Assembly (NCBI GenBank): GCA_943358175.1
Contig: CALRGV010000006.1
Span: 2,607-66,606 of the forward strand
Source: Candidatus Peribacteria bacterium
Lineage (GTDB): Bacteria > Patescibacteriota > Gracilibacteria > UBA1369 > LOWO2-01-FULL-3
Direction: 5' to 3'
Length of the DNA stretch: 64,000 nucleotides
Part shown: in pieces, positions 27,398-35,222 of the stretch
How the letters are laid out: each line of letters starts with the position of its first letter
Numbering within the stretch: position 1 is the first letter of the stretch
Notes under the pieces: model-generated
Told to the model about the DNA's origin: nothing
Seen by the model: the letters and a program-made list of their open reading frames with translations, nothing else
Database searches by the model: none
Translations under genes and position numbers: made by a program

Positions 27398-28012
27398 ATG
27401 GAAAGTGACTTTGGAAATAAATTCGAAGACATTAAAGATAGTACCAAGTTGGAACAACAATTTTGGATACTGATTGAGTCTAAAATGCCACAGGCAAAAG
27501 AGAAGATAAAACAAGCATTCGCCTACTCAAAAGAAAAACATGAAGGGCAAGAACGTGACGAAGGAACTCCTTACTACTCTCACTGTATAGCTACAGCAAT
27601 AAATCTATTAGAGTACACCACTAGTCCCACTGAAGATCAAGTATGCATCGCCCTTCTCCATGATACCCTAGAAGATACGAATGCAACTTATGATGAACTG
27701 ATGGCTAAATTTGGTAACTACGTTGCCGAAGGAGTTCAATTACTATCAAAGAAGAGAGATGGGAAAAAAATTAGTAATGACGAATATTACGACGGACTTA
27801 GAGGTCGTAAAGATCTCATAGATATAAAAGGTAGCGACAGACTAGCCAATATTTTTTCAATTGTACATTCCCCAAGTCCGCAAAAACAAGAAAGATACCT
27901 TAGAGAAACTAGAGCTAATATTATTGGATTAGTTAGCAGCGTACATGAAGATTTCAGTAAAGTTATCGCGAGTGCAACAGATATGGCAGAAAAGAAAATT
28001 AGAGAAAAATAA
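27398..28012 (+). CDS. HD-domain small alarmone hydrolase (RelA/SpoT hydrolase-domain homologue)
   Basis: HEGQERDEGTPYYSHCIATA, ALLHDTLEDT, IKGSDRLANIFSI. These match the order and wording of (p)ppGpp-hydrolase HD_4 motifs. Confidence 0.8.
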   Translation: MESDFGNKFEDIKDSTKLEQQFWILIESKMPQAKEKIKQAFAYSKEKHEGQERDEGTPYYSHCIATAINLLEYTTSPTEDQVCIALLHDTLEDTNATYDELMAKFGNYVAEGVQLLSKKRDGKKISNDEYYDGLRGRKDLIDIKGSDRLANIFSIVHSPSPQKQERYLRETRANIIGLVSSVHEDFSKVIASATDMAEKKIREK

Positions 28013-28022
28013 TTATCAATTT

Positions 28023-28325
28023 ATGTCCACCGACACCCTGAAAAACCTGATTCGCCAATGCCTACTTCTCAAGCCGGAGCGCCGAGAAGGCCTCATTGCG
28101 CGCCTCGACACTTTGAATGAAAATCAAATTAAAGAAATGGAAAAAGCCATCACGGAATCAAACGAATTTCTGAGAAATATCATCGCAAAAACTTCAGAGA
28201 ACGAAGACCCAAACACCTTCAATCAAAAAATCGATCAAATTTGGAAAAAATACATTCAAGACACCGAAAACATCTCCAGTGGAATAGAAAACACCGCGGC
28301 CGATAATCTTTTGGCGAATTTATAG
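28023..28325 (+). CDS. Small helical hypothetical protein
   Basis: 100-aa ORF from ATG 28023, 10 nt after the hydrolase stop. The track start 27945 overlaps the hydrolase gene and is unlikely. Confidence 0.45.
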   Translation: MSTDTLKNLIRQCLLLKPERREGLIARLDTLNENQIKEMEKAITESNEFLRNIIAKTSENEDPNTFNQKIDQIWKKYIQDTENISSGIENTAADNLLANL

Positions 28326-28329
28326 AGCG

Positions 28330-28358
28330 TTGACCCCTTCCACTAAAGGCCCTATGAT
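28330..28358 (+). promoter_or_regulatory. Sigma70-type promoter placed for a leaderless Nudix mRNA
   Basis: TTGACC (28330-28335), N17, TATGAT (28353-28358), then 6 nt to ATG 28365. Confidence 0.5.
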
Positions 28359-28364
28359 CTCAGC

Positions 28365-28919
28365 ATGGCCTGGAAAGTTCTCAAATCCGAAATCGTTCTT
28401 GAAAACAAATTTTTCAAGGTGCACAAAGATCGTTGCGAAAAAAGTGACGGTAAAATTGTCGAAAATTATTACACCATCGAACGTCCGAACGTAGCCATCA
28501 TCGCCGCTTTCACCCCCCGGATGGAATTAATTATGATTAAACAATATCGCCATCCGGTCCGTAGCACAGACTATGAAATTCCAGCCGGCTTCATCGAACC
28601 CTTCGAAACCGACATCGCTCAAGCCGCAAAAAGAGAATTACTCGAAGAAACCGGTTACGAAGCGGAATCTTTAGAAAAAATTCAGGAAACATTTTCTTCT
28701 GCCGGATTTATGAGCAATCACATCAATTTCTTCATAGGCTTCAACGCAAAAAAAATCGCCGAACAAAAATTGGACGATAGCGAAGAACTCGAAGCTCATA
28801 TCATTCCCTGGACTCAAGCGCTGGAATTTTTACAACAAGAAAAAGTAAAAGACCTCGGATCTATTACCGGTATGCTTTTAGCTAAAAAATATTTAGAAAA
28901 ACATGATCTACCTCGATAA
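28365..28919 (+). CDS. Nudix hydrolase (ADP-ribose pyrophosphatase-like)
   Basis: Nudix box GFIEPFETDIAQAAKRELLEETGY. Confidence 0.85.
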   Translation: MAWKVLKSEIVLENKFFKVHKDRCEKSDGKIVENYYTIERPNVAIIAAFTPRMELIMIKQYRHPVRSTDYEIPAGFIEPFETDIAQAAKRELLEETGYEAESLEKIQETFSSAGFMSNHINFFIGFNAKKIAEQKLDDSEELEAHIIPWTQALEFLQQEKVKDLGSITGMLLAKKYLEKHDLPR

Positions 28920-30072
28920 CGCCGCCACCACACCGGTTGACCCCAAAGTCCTCGAAGCCATGCTCCCGTATTTTTGCGAAGAATACGGCAATGCCGAATC
29001 TCTGCATACAAAAGGCCAAAACGCCCGCATGGCTGTAGACACGGCTCGCGAAATCATTGCAAAAGTCCTCAATTGCCAAGCTACAGAAATTATTTTTACC
29101 AGCGGTGGAACCGAATCCAATAATCTAGCAATTTTTGGCGCGACTCGAGCCAATGTAAAAAAAGGCCGCCACCTCATCGTCAGCTCAATAGAACACTCTT
29201 CCGTGCGCGAACCATTCAACAAACTTGAAGAGGAAGGCTTCGAAATCACGCAGATAAAAGTAGACAAAGAAGGTTTCGTAAATCCAGCCGACATCGCCAC
29301 AGCTATTCGCCCTGACACAATTCTCGTATCCGTTATGTACGCCAACAATGAAATCGGCACTCTGGAACCAATCGCTGAAATTGGAAAAATATGCCGTGAA
29401 AAAAACATAATTTTCCACACCGATGCCTGCCAAGCCGCCGATTCTCAAATGCTCGACGTAAAAAAACTTCAGGTAGATATGCTGACTCTCAACGCCAGCA
29501 AAATCTACGGACCAAAAGGCGCCGGAGCTCTCTACGTAAAACACGGCATAAAAATTTCTCCACAAATTCTCGGCAGCTCCCACGAAATGGGAATACGCGC
29601 CGGCACACACAATGTTCCGGGAATAGTAGGACTAGGAAAAGCTTTAGAACTAGCCGTAATCGACCAGGACAAAAAATCCGCACACCTCACAGCTCTCCGC
29701 GACAAATTCATTAAAGGCATTTTAGAAAAAATCCCAAATTCACAATTAAACGGCCCAAATCCTTTCGATCCCAAATACGCGACCACCCCCTGTCCCCGCC
29801 TCCCAAACAACACAAATTTCACTTTCAAAGGAGTCGAAGGTCCAGACCTTCTCCTGCAATTAGACAATCTCGGCATCTACATTTCGACCGGCGCCGCCTG
29901 CAATATACCAGGCTCAAAACCCTCAAATGTTCTCACCGCCATCGGCATATCTAAAGAATCAATTCAAAGCAGCGTCCGCATGACTCTGGGCAAAACCACC
30001 AGCGAAGCAGATATCGATCATGTGCTGGAAGTACTACCCAGACTAATTGAAAAAATGCGCACACGAATATAA
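28903..30072 (+). CDS. Cysteine desulfurase (class V aminotransferase, NifS/IscS-like)
   Basis: YLDNAATTP, HTDACQA, NASKIYGPKG (PLP lysine), STGAACN (active-site Cys). Confidence 0.88.
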   Translation: MIYLDNAATTPVDPKVLEAMLPYFCEEYGNAESLHTKGQNARMAVDTAREIIAKVLNCQATEIIFTSGGTESNNLAIFGATRANVKKGRHLIVSSIEHSSVREPFNKLEEEGFEITQIKVDKEGFVNPADIATAIRPDTILVSVMYANNEIGTLEPIAEIGKICREKNIIFHTDACQAADSQMLDVKKLQVDMLTLNASKIYGPKGAGALYVKHGIKISPQILGSSHEMGIRAGTHNVPGIVGLGKALELAVIDQDKKSAHLTALRDKFIKGILEKIPNSQLNGPNPFDPKYATTPCPRLPNNTNFTFKGVEGPDLLLQLDNLGIYISTGAACNIPGSKPSNVLTAIGISKESIQSSVRMTLGKTTSEADIDHVLEVLPRLIEKMRTRI

Positions 30073-30101
30073 AAATAGAGGACTATTTCCAATCTGTAAA
30101 A

Positions 30102-30131
30102 TTCGACAAATCATAAAAAACACTCTATAAA
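30102..30131 (+). promoter_or_regulatory. Sigma70-type promoter placed for leaderless aguB-aguA mRNA
   Basis: TCGACA (30102-30107), N18, TATAAA (30126-30131), then 6 nt to ATG 30138. Confidence 0.4.
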
Positions 30132-30137
30132 TACCAC

Positions 30138-30992
30138 ATGCGTGAAGTCACACTCGGTCTCGTACAAATGATGACCGGCCAAACCCGTGAAGAAAATCTC
30201 GACAAAGCTATCAAAGCCATCGAAGACTGCGCCAATCGTGGAGCACAAATTATTGCGCTACCTGAACTTTTTCTTGCACCTTATTTTTGCCAAGGAAAAG
30301 ATCCAAAAAAATTCGAACTGGCAGAGACAATTCCCGGCCCAACTTCCGATATTCTAGGCAAACTCGCCGCAGAAAAAAAAGTAACACTGATAGTTTCGAT
30401 TTTTGAAAAAACTACAGATGAAAAACCACACTTTTTCAACTCCACCATCGCCATCGGCCCCGACGGAAAAATCATCGGCAAGTACCGCAAAGTACACATC
30501 CCCTCTCAACCACCGGACCTCTTTGCCGAAGACTTTTATTTTGAATCCGGTAACCTCGGCTTTCCGGTTTTTGAAACACCGCTGGCAAAAGTTAGTGCAT
30601 TAATTTGTTACGATCAATGGTTCCCGGAAGCCGCGCGAATTTCCGCAGCCAAAGGCGCAGAAATTATTTTTTATCCGACGGCAATCGGCTGGGATCCTCG
30701 TTTACCAAAAGAAATCAACGAAGCCGAACACGAAGCCTGGCAAACTATTCAAAAAAGTCACTCCGTCGCCAATAATATTTTTGTCGCCGCCATCAATCGC
30801 ACCGGCAAAGAAGACAATATAGATTTCTGGGGAACCTCATTCGTCAGCGATCCATACAGTCGCATGCTTGGAAAAGCCTCTACCGACAAAGCCGAAAATC
30901 TCATCGTAAAATGCGACCTCGATGTGATCACAGAAATGCGCAAAGAATGGCCATTCCTCGATGAACGCAAAATTAAATGTGAAAACTTATGA
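30138..30992 (+). CDS. aguB: N-carbamoylputrescine amidase (carbon-nitrogen hydrolase family)
   Basis: CN-hydrolase E-K-C context (ALPELF, YRKVHIP, LICYDQWFPE). ATGA overlap with aguA. Confidence 0.8.
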   Translation: MREVTLGLVQMMTGQTREENLDKAIKAIEDCANRGAQIIALPELFLAPYFCQGKDPKKFELAETIPGPTSDILGKLAAEKKVTLIVSIFEKTTDEKPHFFNSTIAIGPDGKIIGKYRKVHIPSQPPDLFAEDFYFESGNLGFPVFETPLAKVSALICYDQWFPEAARISAAKGAEIIFYPTAIGWDPRLPKEINEAEHEAWQTIQKSHSVANNIFVAAINRTGKEDNIDFWGTSFVSDPYSRMLGKASTDKAENLIVKCDLDVITEMRKEWPFLDERKIKCENL

Positions 30993-32047
30993 CCACCACC
31001 CTCGACCACACCACCTACCGCATGCCGGCAGAATGGGAACCTCACACGGCAATGTGGCTTTCCTGGCCACACAATTACAAACATTGGGCCTGCTGGCTTT
31101 CTGACGCCTCCTCGCCGGAAAAGTACGAAAAAGTACTCGATGCCTACTGCCAAACCATGCACGTGATGCAAGAAAGCGAAGCCGTGCATCTTCTTGTTCT
31201 AGATAAAGAAATGGAAGACAACGTCCTCACCCGAATGCAAAAACTAAACTTCCGCACCGATAACCTCGAATTTTTCTTTATTAAAACTAATGTTCCATGG
31301 ACTCGCGACCACGGACCAATTTTCGTAAAAAACGCGACTAACGAAGTCGCCATCACCGACTGGGTTTTCAACGCCTGGGGAGGCAAATATCCACCATGGG
31401 AAGACGATAATGCCGTGCCTATTCATGTAGGCGCAGAATTAAATTTACCGGTTATACAGCCAGGAATCGTCCTAGAAGGCGGTTCCATCGACGTCAACGG
31501 CAAAGGCACCCTTCTCACCACCACCAGCTGTCTTCTAAATAAAAATCGCAATCCAAATCTCAGCAAAAAACAAATCGAACAATACCTAAAAGATTACCTC
31601 GGCATCACCACTATTCTCTGGCTCGGCGAAGGTATTGTGAACGACGACACTGATGGCCACATCGACGATCTCGCGCGTTTCGTCAATCCCACAACCATAG
31701 TTTGCGTAAAAGAAGACAATCCCCAAGACCCAAACTATCAATTCCTCAAAGCCAATTTTGAACAACTGGAAAAAATGAAAGATCAGGACGGAAATCCCCT
31801 CACCGTCATCGCCCTCCCAATGCCGGATCCCGTAATTTATCTCGGTGAACAAATGCCCGCCAGCTACGCCAATTTCTACATCGGCAATAAAATCGTTCTA
31901 CTCCCAACCTTCCGCCAGCCTAAGGACGAAATCGCCAAAACCATTCTCCAAAAATTCTTCCCTGACCGCAAAATCATCGGGGTCGATGCCTACGATATAA
32001 TTTGGGGCCAAGGCAGTTGGCACTGTCTCTCTCAGCAGCAACCGTAG
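30989..32047 (+). CDS. aguA: Agmatine deiminase
   Basis: PAEWEPH, WTRDHGP, DGHIDDLARF, C-terminal GSWHCLSQQQP (catalytic Cys). Confidence 0.85.
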   Translation: MTTTLDHTTYRMPAEWEPHTAMWLSWPHNYKHWACWLSDASSPEKYEKVLDAYCQTMHVMQESEAVHLLVLDKEMEDNVLTRMQKLNFRTDNLEFFFIKTNVPWTRDHGPIFVKNATNEVAITDWVFNAWGGKYPPWEDDNAVPIHVGAELNLPVIQPGIVLEGGSIDVNGKGTLLTTTSCLLNKNRNPNLSKKQIEQYLKDYLGITTILWLGEGIVNDDTDGHIDDLARFVNPTTIVCVKEDNPQDPNYQFLKANFEQLEKMKDQDGNPLTVIALPMPDPVIYLGEQMPASYANFYIGNKIVLLPTFRQPKDEIAKTILQKFFPDRKIIGVDAYDIIWGQGSWHCLSQQQP

Positions 32048-32387
32048 TAACCGAAAGAGCATATTTAATAGCTTTTCCTTTAAATTTAACTAGAAATTTA
32101 GCTTATTATTCTCTTTTTCTCTCAATTTCCGCTCTTTTTTCATTGGTTTACTGATTTTTTAACAAATTCCATCCAAGATTTTTGCCCGACTAACCAGCCC
32201 ACGTTTTTCATTAGAGACTAGCGGTTTTCCAAATGAGCAACGCTAAAAAATGGCTTTCCCTAGAGTGAAACAACCATTCTCCTCAACCACGAATCCACCA
32301 CCCAAGACTGTCAACTTCTTTTATCCATTTCTACTTTGCACTCTTCACTCCCCCTGCTAATATTCAACTTACCAAACGGCCAAGCAT

Positions 32388-32432
32388 ACTACATATAGTA
32401 GTCTCGCAAAAAAATGGCCCATATATATAGGG
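32388..32432 (+). promoter_or_regulatory. Two NrdR-box-like palindromes upstream of nrdJ
   Basis: ACTACatataGTAGT (32388-32402) and CCCatatatataGGG (32418-32432). Centres are 30 bp apart. The second overlaps a TATATA -10-like element. Confidence 0.45.
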
Positions 32433-32491
32433 ATCCTCATCCCTGTGAAAAATGTCGTTCTTAAGGTAGATCAACTAACCCTCGCCCCCCT

Positions 32492-34888
32492 ATGTCCCCA
32501 ATCAAAAAAATCAAAAAGAGAAATGGTGAAATTGCAGACTTTCACCAGGAAAAAATCACTGAAGCCATTTGGAAAGCTGTACAATCAGTGGGAGGCGCCA
32601 ATAAAGAAATGGCCACTCAAATTTCCAACCAGGTTGCCGCAGTACTCGAAGTTTTCTTCAAAGACGAAAGCAACATTCCAACTGTAGAACAAATTCAGGA
32701 TTTGACTGAAAAGATTTTGATTGAGGGGGGACACGCCAAAACTGCAAAGGCTTTCATTATCTATCGTATCGAACACAAAAATATCCGCAACACTCAGCAA
32801 GAGATCTTAAATGGCCAAGTTTCCAAACTACCATTTAGTGTCAACGCTTTAAGAGTTCTTGCCGCTCGCTATCTTCAAAGAGATGAAAATGGCGAGGTTT
32901 GCGAAAGCCCGGAAGGAATGTTTGAACGTGTTGCTAACGCTTTGGCAAAAGTAGAAGAACGTTATGGCAAAAACGAAAAGGAAGTTGCTGACTTTGCTAA
33001 AAAATTCGCCGAAACTTTGAACAATTTTGAATTCATTCCTGCAGGTCGTACTTTGGCTAATGCCGGCGGAAAAACACGCCTCGTTTCCAACTGTATCGTA
33101 CTCCACTTCAAAGACAGTATGGACGGAATTTTCTCCAGTCTTCATGACGCTGCTCTTTTACAACAAGCCGGTTCAGGACTTGGTTTTGCTTGGCATTTAC
33201 TTCGCCCGGCCGGTACTCGCACAAACAAAACTCAAGGCACAGCCTCCGGTCCGGTTTCCTTTCTTAAAGCCTTCAATGAATCTTTCGGAGTTATCAAACA
33301 ACAAGGTCGTCACGGCGCCAATATGGGCGTGATGCGTGTTGATCATCCGGATATTCTAGAATTCATCGAAGCAAAATGGGAAGAAGGAGTTTTAGTTAAT
33401 TTCAACATTTCCGTTTCTCTTACCGACGAATTCATGACCGCGGTAAAAAATCGCTCCACAGAACCATGGTTCTGTACTTGGAATGGTCAAAAAATGAAAC
33501 CACGCCGTATTATTCGCAACAAAAGAGGAGCTTACGTAGACGCCATAGAAGAAACGATGACTGCTCCGGAATTGATGGATAAAATCATCAATGCCGCTTG
33601 GAGAAATGGTGAACCGGGAGTTCTTTTCCCGGATGCTGCCAACCGTAGCAATCCGGTGCCGGAATTAGGTCGCCTCGAAGCCACAAACCCTTGTGGTGAA
33701 CAATGGCTACATGACGGAGACGTTTGTAATCTTGGTTCTATCAACCTCGCTAAATTCGTAGAAAATGGCAAAGTAAACGAAGCCCGTTTAAAATTCGTGA
33801 CAGAAATGTCCGTGCGTATGCTCGATAACGTTATCGACCTCTCCGATTTCCCTGTTGAAAAAGTAAACACCACTTTCCGCAATAATCGTCGTATTGGTTT
33901 AGGAATTATGGGTTTTGCCGACATGCTCTATCAGTTGCGTATTCCATATGACTCTCAAGAAGGTTTCGACACTGCTCGCAAAGTGATGAAACTCATCAAT
34001 GACACTTGCAACAACTATTCTCACGAATTGGCTGAACAAAAAGGCTGCTTCCCAAACTGGGGAATCTCTATTTTTGGACCAAAAGGTCAGAATTTCAAGA
34101 GACGTAATTCCGCTCTCACCACAGTAGCGCCTACGGGATCTATTTCCATGCTCCTCGACTGCAGCTCCGGCGTAGAACCATTCTTCGCTCTCTCTTACTA
34201 CAAAGAAGTTTTGAGCGGCCAGAAATTAATTTATATCAATCCTTTCCTTGAAGCCGAATTAAAGAGACTGGGCCTTCACAATGATGAAGTAATAAAATCT
34301 ATTGAGAGAACCGGATCAGTTCAGCAACTAGCTGAAATGCCGGAAGAAAGTCGTCGTGTATTCGTTACCGCCATGGATATCAGCGCTAAAGACCATATCC
34401 TGATGCAAGCAGCTTTCCAGGAACACGTAGACAACAGTATAAGCAAGACTGTAAACTTCCCAAACAGTGCCACTCGTGAAGACGTTCTAAACGGTTACAT
34501 CATGGCTTGGGAGAACGGTCTAAAAGGCTGCACGGTATATCGTGACGGCAGCAGACAAGAGCAAGTATTGAATCTTCATGGTTCCGAAGAAAAGAAAGAA
34601 GATACCTCAAATGAAGATACAAAAAAGAATGTTCAGTTAGGAGCTACCGTTTTGATCAAAGCTACACCTATAACTACTACTTCAAAAACAAATTTTGAAG
34701 AAGTAACTCCCCCACCGATAACTCAAAACCATCAAGCATCCATGCTCGAATCATCCCGCGAACACCTTTCTCTAAACAAAAAAGAGATCATTCACAGCAA
34801 AAAATGTCCTGAATGCGGCTGCGGCATCCAAATCGCCGAAGGTTGCATGCTCTGTCTCAGCTGCGGCTTCTCAGTTTGTTCAGTATAA
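32492..34888 (+). CDS. nrdJ: Ribonucleoside-triphosphate/diphosphate reductase, class II (B12-dependent) with N-terminal ATP-cone
   Basis: ATP-cone (KKRNGEIADFHQEKI), TNPCGEQ active-site loop, C-terminal Cys cluster CPECGC...CMLCLSCG. No adjacent nrdB-like gene. Confidence 0.82.
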   Translation: MSPIKKIKKRNGEIADFHQEKITEAIWKAVQSVGGANKEMATQISNQVAAVLEVFFKDESNIPTVEQIQDLTEKILIEGGHAKTAKAFIIYRIEHKNIRNTQQEILNGQVSKLPFSVNALRVLAARYLQRDENGEVCESPEGMFERVANALAKVEERYGKNEKEVADFAKKFAETLNNFEFIPAGRTLANAGGKTRLVSNCIVLHFKDSMDGIFSSLHDAALLQQAGSGLGFAWHLLRPAGTRTNKTQGTASGPVSFLKAFNESFGVIKQQGRHGANMGVMRVDHPDILEFIEAKWEEGVLVNFNISVSLTDEFMTAVKNRSTEPWFCTWNGQKMKPRRIIRNKRGAYVDAIEETMTAPELMDKIINAAWRNGEPGVLFPDAANRSNPVPELGRLEATNPCGEQWLHDGDVCNLGSINLAKFVENGKVNEARLKFVTEMSVRMLDNVIDLSDFPVEKVNTTFRNNRRIGLGIMGFADMLYQLRIPYDSQEGFDTARKVMKLINDTCNNYSHELAEQKGCFPNWGISIFGPKGQNFKRRNSALTTVAPTGSISMLLDCSSGVEPFFALSYYKEVLSGQKLIYINPFLEAELKRLGLHNDEVIKSIERTGSVQQLAEMPEESRRVFVTAMDISAKDHILMQAAFQEHVDNSISKTVNFPNSATREDVLNGYIMAWENGLKGCTVYRDGSRQEQVLNLHGSEEKKEDTSNEDTKKNVQLGATVLIKATPITTTSKTNFEEVTPPPITQNHQASMLESSREHLSLNKKEIIHSKKCPECGCGIQIAEGCMLCLSCGFSVCSV

Positions 34889-34924
34889 AAAATGTCATTC
34901 ACAGGGCTATTTCCCCTCAAAAAG

Positions 34925-34960
34925 AATCTCGATCACCTAAAAAGTGGCCGAGATTTTTTT
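34925..34960 (+). terminator. Rho-independent terminator of nrdJ
   Basis: aatctcgATcac / gtgGCcgagatt interrupted stem (34925-34936 with 34944-34955), followed by a T-run to 34960. Confidence 0.55.
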
Positions 34961-35188
34961 CATTATTTCCAAAAAAATAGTATCACCGGTGACACTTTCA
35001 TCTCTGCCCAAGCATACCCCCATCCCCATCTGTAAAACTTCCCCAAAATCTGGGACCATCTTAGTTTTCTGCTTCAACAAGCCTATATCTCGATTTTACC
35101 CATCATTCTTGGGGAAGTTATCAATGACACACTCTAGACTATACGTCAAATCCGTCTTGACATCCTTGCTGGATTGTTATAAATTGAG

Positions 35189-35216
35189 TTGCTTATAATA
35201 TTCACCTCACTATACT
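35189..35216 (+). promoter_or_regulatory. Sigma70-type promoter placed for a leaderless mRNA of the 851-aa ORF
   Basis: TTGCTT (35189-35194), N16, TATACT (35211-35216), then 6 nt to ATG 35223. Confidence 0.45.
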
Positions 35217-35222
35217 TATCCT

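Noticed and set aside
32048-32491. Cobalamin riboswitch upstream of the B12-dependent RNR.
   Set aside because: I could not find a B12-box-like sequence or the multi-stem GC-rich core. B12 riboswitches usually control B12-independent isozymes or transport genes, not nrdJ. An Infernal scan is still needed to exclude it formally.
34944-35198. 84-aa ORF on the track, in the spacer between nrdJ and the 851-aa gene.
   Set aside because: It has a non-ATG start and low-complexity Ser/Pro/Leu/Cys-rich sequence. It overlaps the terminator T-run and the promoter of the next gene, and has no recognisable motif.
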